DNA of 64,000 bases. It comes from Limnothrix sp. BL-A-16 (GTDB taxonomy: Bacteria; Cyanobacteriota; Cyanobacteriia; CACIAM-69d). The stretch is taken from NCBI GenBank assembly GCA_041937175.2, contig CP166615.1:64001-128000 (forward strand). Reading direction: 5' to 3'. Within the stretch, counting starts at the first letter, position 1; each line of letters begins with the position of its first letter. The translations under genes and the position numbers were made by a program. Below are positions 38,399 to 48,356 of this stretch, piece by piece. Under the pieces are notes generated by a model. The model searched no databases and was not told where the DNA came from. It was given only the letters and a program-made list of their open reading frames with translations.

Positions 38399-40612
38399 CT
38401 ATCGCATGTTGGTGCGTTGAATTAACTCTTGGGCTTCCCGGCTAGGCGTATAGCTGTAGCCAGCGGTTGAAGCGTTCGAGTCGTCCAGCAGTTGCGGCGT
38501 GAGCAACACCACCAACTCCTTGCGCTCATTGCGGCGATCGGTACGGCGGAACAAAGACCCCAACAGCGGCAAGTCACCCAAAATCGGAATCTTGCGCACT
38601 TCGCTGCGATCCGTGTCTTGAATAATGCCTGCCAGGACTAGGGTTTGGCCATCCCGAATCCGAATCGTGCCGGATGATAGCTTCCGCTCAGACAGTAAAG
38701 TGGCAAAGGCATTATCTTCAAGGGCCCCAAACCGATCAATCGGAACTTTCAGCGAGGGCGAAACCGACAGGGTAACAAAACCATTGTCATCGATTCGATC
38801 GACTTGAATCCCCAAAACGAGACCAGCTTTTTCCTTTTCAATGGTGAAAGTCGTGTTGCTCACACCATTGGACACTTCCGTTTCCGCCTCCACGGTTCCC
38901 ACCACTTCTTCAGTGAGTTCCACATTGGCCACTTGCCCTTCCTGAACCACCAAGGTTGGATCGGTCAGAATCTTGGCATTTCCGTTAATCACAGAAGCTT
39001 GGAGCTGGGCTAGGAAATCGTTGGCGATGTTAAAGCCATTGGGATTTTGACCATTCACATCGCCCGAAATTGAAAGGGGAACCGAAACGGGCCCAAACCC
39101 AACGGACTCGGGAGCCAAGTTGGTGGAGTAGGGCGCGCCCCGATCGCTCCAGTTAATCACCCCAATGCCGCCCGTGTTGACGATGCGAGTGCCACCCACC
39201 CCAAAGGAGAAACTCGTACCCAGGCGATCGTTTTGCAGCAGGTTGATGTCAATTACCCGCACATTCACCACCACCTGACGCAGGCGGCTATCAATCCGCG
39301 ACAACTGCTCAGAAGCCAGGGCGACCAAATCCCGCTGCCCCACCAAGGTGATGGTGTTGGTGCGCTGATCTACCGCAATTTGCAGGCCGCGAAGAATCGG
39401 CACCGAATCTTTCGGGTCATAGCGAAGCGGGTTAATGACCGTGCGCTCACTGGTGCGGGTTTGGGTCAAGGGAGCCGCTTGGACTTGCGCATCACCACCG
39501 CCCTGCTGCTGTTGCTCTGCCCCGATCCGCACAACCTCCGTGGTTCGCTCCGTGGCCGCCGTGGCACTTTCGGCCCCCAAAATCACCAAGTAACCGGCCG
39601 CTTCGTTGGCCCGCACTTGGTTGAGGCGCACGGAACGCATGGCCACATCCCGGGCCGCGTTGGGCAAACTCCGGCCCACAAAAATGGTGCGACCATTGCG
39701 GCTGGCCTGAAGACCACTAATCCGCAAGACGTAGTTGAAAACGTCCTGGGCCGATTCGTTTTCAATGTCGAGGCTAATGCGAGCATCGGCTCCGGTGGTG
39801 GGAGGCGTGCCGGGAGCGGTGGGGCTGCCGGGGGTGGGGCCAGCCGCGTTGTCCGCAAAGGCAATGTTCACGCCGCTGGCCCGGGCTAGCAGCGACAACA
39901 CTTCACGCACGGGGGCTTCTCGCAACACCAAACGGGGGATGATTTGGCTGCTGCCCAGGTTGATGGTGTAGGGCTGGATCGGTAGATCGGAAATGGCAAT
40001 GTCGCCAACGGGTGGGGCGATCGCCCGGGGCATGGTGGGAGGAGCCACCGCCGGACTGAGCACGGCCGGTTGACCGTCGATGGTGATGGTGGGGTTGGGA
40101 ACCAGGACGTTGGGTGCGCCGTTGCCAACCGGCGAGCCGGTGTTGGCAGGTGTTTGGGCCACGGGGCTACCAGTGTTGCTGGGGGTGCTTGGGGTGCTGG
40201 GGGTGGCCGTGCCGGCATAGCTCAGCAGAACGGCATTGTTGTTGCTGGGGCGAATGCGACCAGTGGGGCGAGCCGTGGTGCCGCGCACCGTTACCTGGAC
40301 GGTGCTCCCATCCAGTTGGGTCACTTCCACGGCCGCAATCCCGGGGGCGGGGTTGGCTCGGGTCACGTTGCCACCGGGAACCACCAACCGCGCGCCGGCC
40401 ACATGGGCAATCAGGCTGGTTCCTTGGGGAGGCAACAGGAACACCTGTGGTCGATCGACCGAATCGGTCACCAATTCCACATCCACACCGCTGCCGCTGC
40501 CGCTGATTCGCACATCCAGCACGTTGGTTTCGGCCAAGGCGGGTTGCACGATCGCCACCGTTGCCAACCCACCCATCAGCGCTGCATTGCCCAAAATCCG
40601 CTCGTAGTTCAC
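38399..40612 (-). CDS. pilQ: Type IV pilus secretin PilQ
   Basis: Signal peptide, AMIN-like domain, DGQTLVLAGII, KIPILGDLPLLGSLFR. Confidence 0.93.
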   Translation of the reverse strand: MNYERILGNAALMGGLATVAIVQPALAETNVLDVRISGSGSGVDVELVTDSVDRPQVFLLPPQGTSLIAHVAGARLVVPGGNVTRANPAPGIAAVEVTQLDGSTVQVTVRGTTARPTGRIRPSNNNAVLLSYAGTATPSTPSTPSNTGSPVAQTPANTGSPVGNGAPNVLVPNPTITIDGQPAVLSPAVAPPTMPRAIAPPVGDIAISDLPIQPYTINLGSSQIIPRLVLREAPVREVLSLLARASGVNIAFADNAAGPTPGSPTAPGTPPTTGADARISLDIENESAQDVFNYVLRISGLQASRNGRTIFVGRSLPNAARDVAMRSVRLNQVRANEAAGYLVILGAESATAATERTTEVVRIGAEQQQQGGGDAQVQAAPLTQTRTSERTVINPLRYDPKDSVPILRGLQIAVDQRTNTITLVGQRDLVALASEQLSRIDSRLRQVVVNVRVIDINLLQNDRLGTSFSFGVGGTRIVNTGGIGVINWSDRGAPYSTNLAPESVGFGPVSVPLSISGDVNGQNPNGFNIANDFLAQLQASVINGNAKILTDPTLVVQEGQVANVELTEEVVGTVEAETEVSNGVSNTTFTIEKEKAGLVLGIQVDRIDDNGFVTLSVSPSLKVPIDRFGALEDNAFATLLSERKLSSGTIRIRDGQTLVLAGIIQDTDRSEVRKIPILGDLPLLGSLFRRTDRRNERKELVVLLTPQLLDDSNASTAGYSYTPSREAQELIQRTNMR

Positions 40613-40740
40613 CGTTCGCTCCTCACTGCTGTTTTGTCGATCGTGGTTGTTGGGGTTAGGGAAAGGAAAATGGGTGTTCGCCAGGGCGATCGAGTCAGAA
40701 CATCATGATGCTGCGGATCCCTCGGCCCCCAATCTGGCGA

Positions 40741-41517
40741 TTACTTGGGTGCTTCGCCCTCCGGTTTATCTGCGTTTTCGCCTGCTTTGTTGGCTTCGGC
40801 GGCGGCCTGTTGGGCCAACTCCCGAGCCGAGAGTGGTAGGAGCACCTTTAACGAAAAATTGGTTTGAATCCGAACCTGGGGCGCGCCTTGGGCGACAAAT
40901 TGCCCAGTTTTGTCATCAAACCGCACCGCCTGCTTGGAGAGTTTTAGCTCGGAGGTCAAATCATCGATCGCCAGCATCGACTGATAGCGCTCAAGGTTGC
41001 GTAGGATGTTGCCGGTGCGATCATAGTCCGCCTCGAATCCCACCTTCAGCACCAGTTGCCGAATTTTGCTGTTGACCGCATCGCCCCAAGAACCATCGGT
41101 GACCATCTCTTCCGATGGACTTTTGACCGGAACAGGTTCCAGCTTGGTGATTTGGCCAAACTGTTCGGAAACAATCCGGTTGAGATCCAACGGCAGCACC
41201 GAAACCGTGGTGGGGGCGGGAAACAACGCCAGTACTTGCTCTTGGGTGGCGCGGGCCCGCTGTAAGTTGTCGAGGGTTTGCTGCACCTTGCGTTTTTCTT
41301 CGGCCACCTGTTCCAGGCGTTCTCGTTTGGTGGCCACATCCTCTTCAAGCTTTTTGTACTCTTCGTATTGGGGCATCACCACCTGAATCAGGAGCGCCAC
41401 GCCGCCAATGACACCGGCGGCGGCCACAACACCGCCCAGGATGGTGGGTGTGAAGGTAATCCCAAAAACAACGGGATCGCTGGGTTCCGTGACCGCTTGC
41501 TGTGCGCTAAACGCCAT
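40741..41517 (-). CDS. pilO: Type IV pilus assembly protein PilO
   Basis: FGITFTP TM segment, coiled coil, ILRNLERYQ; operon position. Confidence 0.85.
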   Translation of the reverse strand: MAFSAQQAVTEPSDPVVFGITFTPTILGGVVAAAGVIGGVALLIQVVMPQYEEYKKLEEDVATKRERLEQVAEEKRKVQQTLDNLQRARATQEQVLALFPAPTTVSVLPLDLNRIVSEQFGQITKLEPVPVKSPSEEMVTDGSWGDAVNSKIRQLVLKVGFEADYDRTGNILRNLERYQSMLAIDDLTSELKLSKQAVRFDDKTGQFVAQGAPQVRIQTNFSLKVLLPLSARELAQQAAAEANKAGENADKPEGEAPK

Positions 41518-42463
41518 TGTTGGTATTCTCCTTAGGCTCGCTGTCGCCGGCCGGTGGGGTGAGACCGGTGTTGGGGGTTTTGCCTTGTTCAGCCAAAATG
41601 CGGCGAATGGTTTCGATGCGCACCACAAGGCCGGAGGCTCCGTTGCGATCGAGCACCGGCAGCAACTCTTCGGCGGGCTTGGTCGTGTAAGCCGACTGAA
41701 TCGTGTACTTAATGACCTTCGGCGCAACGATTCTAACTTGGCCGCCGGCGGCCGCCGCAGTGGGCGGGGGTGCGGCTAGCACATAGGCAATGCCATCTTG
41801 CACCTCTTGGTTGGCCTGGACGATCTGGGCGGGGTTATCGATCGCCTGGCTGCCCACTAACTGGGTTTTGGCCGCATCCAAGAAAGGTGACTTTTGCAGC
41901 AGCAGCAAAAACTCGCCCACCCCTTCCAGGGAGTTGGCATAACCCTCGATGGTCAGGGTTTTCGGGGGGCGAATGGATTTGCTCGCGCTGGCGGCGGCCG
42001 CACCGGGGCTGGGCTTGGGGGTGCTGGCGGCGGCGGCGGTGGCAGCGTTCTTGTCTTCGACCTCGCGGATGGCCGTCATCTGCACGCCCACCGGCAGTCG
42101 ATCGCGCAAATCACCCAGCAGGGCAGACCAAGACTTCACGCGACTGAACACCCCCACCAAACCTTGGGTGAGCTGGTCGATCGCCTTCATCTCTGCTTCG
42201 GCTTGGGCCGCTTTGGCCAGCTCCGCTTCCAGATCTTGTAAGTCTTTATTGAGTTCGGCTTGGCTCTGTTCCAGGGCGGCTTTTTGGAGTTGGAGATAGC
42301 CCCAGAATCCGCCGATGGCCGCCGGAACCGCCAAACCCACCATCACACCCAAAATCAGCGGCAACTTACTCGCCTGGGCGACAGCAGCACCCGCTGTTTT
42401 GCCGGCCCCGGCGGTTTGGTACTCGGGGCGATCCTTCAGGAAGTTGATGTTGAGACTATACAT
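41507..42463 (-). CDS. pilN: Type IV pilus assembly protein PilN
   Basis: MYSLNINFLKDR, WSALLGDLRDRLP, LQKSPF. Confidence 0.9.
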   Translation of the reverse strand: MYSLNINFLKDRPEYQTAGAGKTAGAAVAQASKLPLILGVMVGLAVPAAIGGFWGYLQLQKAALEQSQAELNKDLQDLEAELAKAAQAEAEMKAIDQLTQGLVGVFSRVKSWSALLGDLRDRLPVGVQMTAIREVEDKNAATAAAASTPKPSPGAAAASASKSIRPPKTLTIEGYANSLEGVGEFLLLLQKSPFLDAAKTQLVGSQAIDNPAQIVQANQEVQDGIAYVLAAPPPTAAAAGGQVRIVAPKVIKYTIQSAYTTKPAEELLPVLDRNGASGLVVRIETIRRILAEQGKTPNTGLTPPAGDSEPKENTNNGV

Positions 42464-42684
42464 AGCGAGGGCAACAGTCGGGTGGCTCGGGGTTTGCAGT
42501 CTCGGGATTCAGCTCGGTCATCACCCGGGGCAGAAGGGCGGACGATCGACAAGGGGCGATCGGGCAGGGAGGCGATGGGTCAACTCAGAGGGTGAGCGGT
42601 TGAACCGACATTAACCAACAGGGGTAACAGCAATAACCCTTGCGAGTCAATGGCTGCGTGTCAGTGGCTCTGTGCGAGGGCCCC

Positions 42685-43836
42685 CTATTCCCGGTCATCA
42701 AGCGCATTCCGCAGCCCCAACCCTAACACGACTCCCAAGCTGGCGCGTTGGGCTTCGGTGATGTCGCTGTCGGCCTCCAAACCCAAGGATTCGATCGGAT
42801 CAACCCGCATCACGGGCACGTTTAACCGTTGGGTAAAAAACTCATCAATTTCCCCGATCGCCGCGCCGGGCCCCGCCAACATCAACTGGGCAATTTCCAA
42901 ATTTTCGCTTTGGTTGAGATAGAAATCGACCGATCGCCGCAACTCATCGGCCAACTCGCCCATCATCTTCACGATCGCCACCGAGCCGGGACTCATGCCC
43001 GTCGTGCCCGAAGCGGTTCCCACGGCCTCAATTTGTGAAATGGGAATGGTCATTTCCATCAGCATGTCCGTGCTGCGGCTGGGGGGCGTGTTCATCGCCC
43101 GATTCAGGGCCTCTTGCATTTGCAAAGTCCCGATCGGGACTGTCCGCGAAAACTGCGGCACGCCATCCACCACAATCGCAATTTCACTGCTATCAAACTG
43201 GATATCCACCAGCACCACGGCCTGATTAGAAGCGTAGCCCCGGAGCTGTTCGCGGATGGTGCGAATGAGGGCAAAGCTGCTGATTTCTAAGGTCTTGATT
43301 CGTAGCCCCGCCTGCTCAAAGGTGTCCAGATAAGCATCCGTCACCTCTCGACGTGTGGCCACCAGCAACACTTGCACCTTCTCGATGCCATCTTCATCGG
43401 TGAAGTAGCCGAGTTTTTGATAGTCAACATCCGCTTCTTCTCGAGGAAAAGGGAGATAAAGACCCGCTTCCTGGTTCATGTATTGCCGCAGCTCATCATC
43501 ATTGAGTTCCGCTGGCACAGGAATCAAACGAATCACGGTTTCGCGCCCCGGAATCGCCGTGGCCACTTCTTTCACCTTGACGCGGCTATCTTGAATCACC
43601 GCCTGAATGAGTTCGGCGGCGGCGGGGGGATCCACAATCGCGCCCTCCTCAATCACGCCTTCAGGAACTTCCACGGAAGAAAGAATATTCAGCTTGAATT
43701 TCTGGCCCTTTTTTTGGAGTTGAACCAGGTTAATTCGTTCGGGTGAAATTTCGATGCCGATGCCTTTTTTACCGCCTCCTAAGAGACTGCCGATCGCGTT
43801 GGTTAAGGGGGCAAACAAGTTTCCAGCAGCGTTCAT
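42685..43836 (-). CDS. pilM: Type IV pilus assembly protein PilM
   Basis: GIEISPERIN, YLPFPREEADVDYQ, LAGPGA, VVLGLGLR. Confidence 0.94.
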   Translation of the reverse strand: MNAAGNLFAPLTNAIGSLLGGGKKGIGIEISPERINLVQLQKKGQKFKLNILSSVEVPEGVIEEGAIVDPPAAAELIQAVIQDSRVKVKEVATAIPGRETVIRLIPVPAELNDDELRQYMNQEAGLYLPFPREEADVDYQKLGYFTDEDGIEKVQVLLVATRREVTDAYLDTFEQAGLRIKTLEISSFALIRTIREQLRGYASNQAVVLVDIQFDSSEIAIVVDGVPQFSRTVPIGTLQMQEALNRAMNTPPSRSTDMLMEMTIPISQIEAVGTASGTTGMSPGSVAIVKMMGELADELRRSVDFYLNQSENLEIAQLMLAGPGAAIGEIDEFFTQRLNVPVMRVDPIESLGLEADSDITEAQRASLGVVLGLGLRNALDDRE

Positions 43837-44135
43837 AGTTGGGGACGGTTAGGAGACCCGAAAATGGCAGTCAAGGGGCCGATGGGCAACCATCAGGGAT
43901 CCACAAACAGGGAAATTGTTTGGCCCCAAATGGGTTGGCAGGCAGGGAATGGATGGCTCAAAAAGCCGAAAACGCTGATGGTTTCAGCACTACCATGGAC
44001 TACGACGCATGGTATCCAATTTCGTTTAAGATCGCCATACCCGAGGGTAAAGAAATCTTGCTGGCCGTAGGTTTTCACGATTGACGGCGATCGGGAAATC
44101 GCTTCAAAATTCCGTGTAAATTCGGAGAGAGCACC

Positions 44136-45449
44136 ATGGGGATGGCCAAGATGCAGCGGAGAGGGCCGCACGGAGGGTGGAGCCGTCGATCGTTTTTGCA
44201 GTTGGCTGGCGGCACGGCGATCGGGCTGGCGGCCTGTGGCCGATCGAGTTCGTCATCGGCGCTGCAATTTTGGACGATGCAACTCCAGCCCAAATTCACG
44301 GACTATTTCCAACAGGCGATCGGGGAGTTTGAATCGGCCCGATCGGGCCTGCGGGTGAATTGGCTCGATGTGCCCTGGGCCGCCATGGAAAGCAAAATTC
44401 TGACGGCGGTGGCGGCCCGCCAGGCTCCGGATGTGGTGAATTTAAACCCCAGTTTCGCCTCCCGGCTGGCGGCACGCGGGGCTTGGCTGGCCTTGGGCGA
44501 TCGGGTTCCCGCTGCCGTTCAAAGGCGCTATTTGCCCAATATTTGGCAAGCCAACGCGATCGGGGGCGAACCCTTCGGCGTGCCTTGGTATTTGACCACC
44601 AAGGTGACGATTTATAACCGATCGCTCCTGGAACAGGCCGGGATCGATCGGCCGCCCGCCACCTACGAAGACTTGGCGGAGCTGGCCCAACGGGTGCGCG
44701 AAAAAACTGGTAAATACGGCTTTTTCATCACCTTTGCCCCCAATGATTCCGCCGAGGTGCTGGAAGCTTTGGTGCAAATGGGGGTGACCTTGGTGGACGA
44801 TCGGGGGCGGGCCGCCTTTGAGTCGGCCGCCGGGCGAGCCGCCGTGAACTACTGGGTGAACTTGTTTCGGCGGGGCTGGTTACCCCAAGAAGCCCTCACC
44901 CAAGGCCACCGTCGCGGCATTGAGCTATATCAGGCGGGAGAATCGGCCCTGGTGGGTTCCAGTCCTGAATTTTTGAATGCGATCGCGACTAATGCCCCCT
45001 CGATCGCGGCCCTGTCGGCGGCGGCTCCCCAAGTGGTCGGTTCCTCCGGGGTGCGTAGTGTGGCCGTGATGAACCTCACCATTCCCAAAAAATCGCCCCG
45101 AGCCGAAGCGGCCGTCGATTTTGCCCTGTTTTTAACGGACGATCGCCACCAGCTCAGCTTTGCCCAGGCCGCCAACGTGTTGCCCTCCACCCAAGGCGCT
45201 CTGGCCAGCTTGCGGGCTAGCCTGGCCCAGGCAACGCGCCCAGGCAACGCCAGCACGATCGACCAAGCCCGCAAAATTGCCGCCGACCAACTCACCAGCG
45301 CCCGCGTGTTGCTGCCCCCAATTAAAAACCTGAAGGATCTTCAGCAAATTTTGTATGAAAACATCCAAGGGGCATTGCTAGAGGAAAAAACCGTTGATCA
45401 AGCCCTGCGGGATGCGGCGATCGAGTGGAATCACCTAGCGCCCGGTTAG
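44136..45449 (+). CDS. Sugar ABC transporter substrate-binding lipoprotein (Tat signal)
   Basis: SRRSFLQ, LAAC lipobox, FWTMQL, APDVVNLN, VPWY. Confidence 0.9.
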   Translation: MGMAKMQRRGPHGGWSRRSFLQLAGGTAIGLAACGRSSSSSALQFWTMQLQPKFTDYFQQAIGEFESARSGLRVNWLDVPWAAMESKILTAVAARQAPDVVNLNPSFASRLAARGAWLALGDRVPAAVQRRYLPNIWQANAIGGEPFGVPWYLTTKVTIYNRSLLEQAGIDRPPATYEDLAELAQRVREKTGKYGFFITFAPNDSAEVLEALVQMGVTLVDDRGRAAFESAAGRAAVNYWVNLFRRGWLPQEALTQGHRRGIELYQAGESALVGSSPEFLNAIATNAPSIAALSAAAPQVVGSSGVRSVAVMNLTIPKKSPRAEAAVDFALFLTDDRHQLSFAQAANVLPSTQGALASLRASLAQATRPGNASTIDQARKIAADQLTSARVLLPPIKNLKDLQQILYENIQGALLEEKTVDQALRDAAIEWNHLAPG

Positions 45450-45641
45450 GTGGGGTTTTCAACAATCAAAAGGGACAGCACCACACGGAGCTGTCCCTTC
45501 CATCGGTCTTCGTCGAAAATTGGGGTTGCGATCGATACCGCACCGGTTTGCGATCAAACACCTCACCCGTGGCGAGGGGCGATCGAGCGACAGGAACTGG
45601 CGCGGCCTGAGATTGCCCAATCTCCATAGCCAACCAGGAAA

Positions 45642-46061
45642 CTACTTTTGACCCAACACCTGACCCTTCAGGGTTGCAATCTTGCTGGAGAGTTCCTGAC
45701 GGTTTTCGGCTCGCAGCAGGTAGCGATAAATGAACCAACCGGTGTAGGTGGCCCCAATCAGCTCGAACGTGGGCGACAGCAGCGGGATCTCGTTGATGGC
45801 ACCCAGCAGGGCCAACAGGATCTTCACTGAAATCAGCGCGAAAACAATCAGAGCGACGGTGACCACGGGCTGACGGTATTCGCCATAGAACTTGCCGACG
45901 TATTCCGGCAGTTTGGCCAAAAAGTCAGAAACTTGGTCAAGGATTTGCTGAAACTCAGCGTTGTTTGCTTCTTCGCTACTGGCCGGGGCTAGCGAACCGC
46001 CTTTTTCGGCACTTACGGAGCCAGCGTCGGCATAGTCAGATTTTTGCAGTTCGGGTTCCAT
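45642..46061 (-). CDS. curT: CAAD domain protein (CurT/CURT1 thylakoid curvature protein)
   Basis: AINEIPLL..FELIG..YTGWFIYRYLL..NRQEL. Confidence 0.85.
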   Translation of the reverse strand: MEPELQKSDYADAGSVSAEKGGSLAPASSEEANNAEFQQILDQVSDFLAKLPEYVGKFYGEYRQPVVTVALIVFALISVKILLALLGAINEIPLLSPTFELIGATYTGWFIYRYLLRAENRQELSSKIATLKGQVLGQK

Positions 46062-46380
46062 TGTTCACGACCGATATACAGCGTTTCGATAGTAGACTGC
46101 TGCCGCAAAGGGGGACTGTCCGATCAAAACATCCGATGGGAACCGTTGTTTTGGGAGGACAGCTCACGGTTTATGCAGTCAGTCCGGTGTGTGGTGGGTT
46201 GGGCTGGAGCGAGGGGCATTCCCGATCGAGCGATCGTGGTTTAGCTAGGAAAATACCCTAGACTCTTCAGAACTGCAATCCTGGGACGATCGCCCGGCAG
46301 GGGGCCTGCCGAAAGTCTAACCAAGCTAGCACGGCCGATGAATGTCGGTGGATGGAAGTTTTGTTGAGCAGGGCGAAACC

Positions 46381-47442
46381 ATGAGTGAACCAATGGAACA
46401 ACGGGGACTGGCTTCTCAATCCCGATCGACCCGATCGGCCGTTTTGCGAATTTTGGATGCCAACCTCGATCGGGCCCGGGAGGGGCTGCGAATTGTGGAG
46501 GAATGGTGTCGGTTTGGGCTGGAAAGTGCCGAACTCACCGAACAGTGCAAAGCCATGCGCCACGAATTAGCCCAATGGCACAGCGATGAAATGCGATCGG
46601 CCCGCAACACCCCCGCCGATCCCGGCACAACCCTGACCCACAGCAACGAAGAGACCCGATCGAGCATTCAGGCCGTTTTGCAGGCTAACCTGTGCCGCGT
46701 GCAGGAAGCCCTCCGTTCGATCGAGGAATATGGCAAGCTGCTGTCCCCCGAGCTATCCCAAGCTTGCAAGCAACTGCGCTACCAAACCTATAGCCTAGAG
46801 AGCCGTTTGCAGGGACGAAACCGCCACCAACAATTGGCGGCCGCCCGGCTTTATCTGGTGACCTCCCCCCATGAATACCTCTTTGAAGTGGTGGAAGAGG
46901 CCCTCAAGGGAGGGCTGTCCCTCGTGCAATATCGCGATAAAAATGAGGACGATGGACGGCGCTTGGCCAATGCTCAACGACTTTGCGACTTGTGCCATCA
47001 CTACGGGGCGCTGTTTTTGGTGAACGATCGGGTTGATGTGGCGATCGCCGTCGGGGCCGATGGGGTTCACTTGGGTCAGCAGGATTTTCCCCTGGAAGCG
47101 GCCCGGCAGATTTTGGGGCCCGAATATCTCATTGGCTGCTCCACCACCAACCCGGCTGAAATGGAGCGGGCCCTGCGGGGCGGTGCTGATTACATCGGCG
47201 TGGGCCCCGTCTATGAAACCCCCACCAAAGCGGGCAAGGCGGCCGCTGGGTTGGAGTATGTGGCCTTTGCGGCGGAAAAGTCGCCGGTTCCCTGGTTTGC
47301 GATCGGGGGCATTGATGCCCAAAACTTGCCGGCCGTTTTGGAAGCCGGTGCGCAACGGGTAGCCGTGGTGCGGGCCCTGATGGCCGCAGAGCAACCCAAA
47401 CAAGTCACCCAATATTTACTGTCCCAACTTCACGTCCTGTAA
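46381..47442 (+). CDS. thiE: Thiamine phosphate synthase, cyanobacterial long form
   Basis: RILDANLDRAREGLR, QYRDK, ADGVHLGQ, ETPTK, AIGGI. Confidence 0.96.
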   Translation: MSEPMEQRGLASQSRSTRSAVLRILDANLDRAREGLRIVEEWCRFGLESAELTEQCKAMRHELAQWHSDEMRSARNTPADPGTTLTHSNEETRSSIQAVLQANLCRVQEALRSIEEYGKLLSPELSQACKQLRYQTYSLESRLQGRNRHQQLAAARLYLVTSPHEYLFEVVEEALKGGLSLVQYRDKNEDDGRRLANAQRLCDLCHHYGALFLVNDRVDVAIAVGADGVHLGQQDFPLEAARQILGPEYLIGCSTTNPAEMERALRGGADYIGVGPVYETPTKAGKAAAGLEYVAFAAEKSPVPWFAIGGIDAQNLPAVLEAGAQRVAVVRALMAAEQPKQVTQYLLSQLHVL

Positions 47443-47485
47443 CTTCGCGCCCTTCTAACTTCGCGCCCTCTAACTTCGCGCCTTT
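47440..47485. repeat. Tandem repeat, 3 x 15-16 bp (TAACTTCGCGCC core), starting at the thiE stop codon
   Basis: Read directly. Confidence 0.85.
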
Positions 47486-47610
47486 TAGCTCCAATTCCTT
47501 GAGTCCTTTGGGCAGGACGGGGGGCACAACCCGATCGCCGGGACTGTTGCCCCAATTGCCGCAAACTTTCCACACATCCAGACCCTTTGAGCCGTTTTGG
47601 AGGATCCTTC

Positions 47611-47835
47611 ATGAGTGAGCTATCCAGTTCAACCATTGCCTTGCAGGTGAATGGCGAAGCCCGCCACTGTGCTCCTGGCACGCAGCTCCCGGATTTTTTG
47701 ACACAATTGGGACTAAATCCGCGTTTGGTGGCCGTGGAATATAACGGTGAAATCTTGCATCGGCAGTTCTGGGAACGCACCACGTTGCAGGAAGGCGATC
47801 GGCTGGAGATTGTCACGATCGTGGGTGGTGGCTAA
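47611..47835 (+). CDS. thiS: Sulfur carrier protein ThiS
   Basis: VAVEYNGEI..GDRLEIVTIVGGG C-terminus. Confidence 0.95.
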   Translation: MSELSSSTIALQVNGEARHCAPGTQLPDFLTQLGLNPRLVAVEYNGEILHRQFWERTTLQEGDRLEIVTIVGGG

Positions 47836-48117
47836 GGGTGGGGCTAGGGGTTTAAGCCCCTTGTCTGTCGGGTCGGCGGGCGGACAATCTGGAGTTGAAG
47901 TCATCGGAATTGCCCGATCGGGATGGATTGCCCACCGATGCCCAGACCATCAAAGGCTGATGATTTTTAAGCGGATGATTTTGAAGGATTGCGATTCGGG
48001 AAATTGCAATTCAGAAAATTGCGATCCAAGGTAATAACGATCCAGGTTGATCGCCACCGATTGCCCAGTGATCACCCACCAATCATCTGAATCGATCGTC
48101 CGATGGGGCGTGATCGC

Positions 48118-48176
48118 AAAAAAAAGCTCCCCACCCGAAGGCGGAGAGCTGAGATATCGTCAGGGTGCATCTACCT
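48118..48176 (-). ncRNA. nsiR1: NsiR1-like small RNA, single copy
   Basis: Minus strand GGTAGATGCACCCTGA, then hairpin AGCTCTCCGCC-TTCG-GGTGGGGAGCT and a T-run; upstream of and opposite to hetF. Confidence 0.8.
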
Positions 48177-48207
48177 GTCTTTTCCCTTCGCAGAACCGTA
48201 CGGGTTG

Positions 48208-48213
48208 TCCGGA
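48208..48213 (-). promoter_or_regulatory. DIF1 motif TCCGGA at about -35 of the NsiR1-like RNA
   Basis: TCCGGA lies 33-38 nt upstream of the GGTAG 5' motif. Confidence 0.7.
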
Positions 48214-48356
48214 TAAGCTGACGAAAAAAGTTTTAGCTAGTTTGGTTTTGGACTGTTCTTATTCACTTTCCTCTTGTTCGTTTTCTTCCATTGCCACCCT
48301 ATGGCTGTCTGATTTTTGGCTGTCTGATTGTTCGCCCGCTGTAGCGCCCTTGTCCT

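Noticed and set aside
48118..48225. SRP RNA or 6S RNA
   Set aside because: Their conserved motifs were not recognisable; sequence and position fit NsiR1 better.
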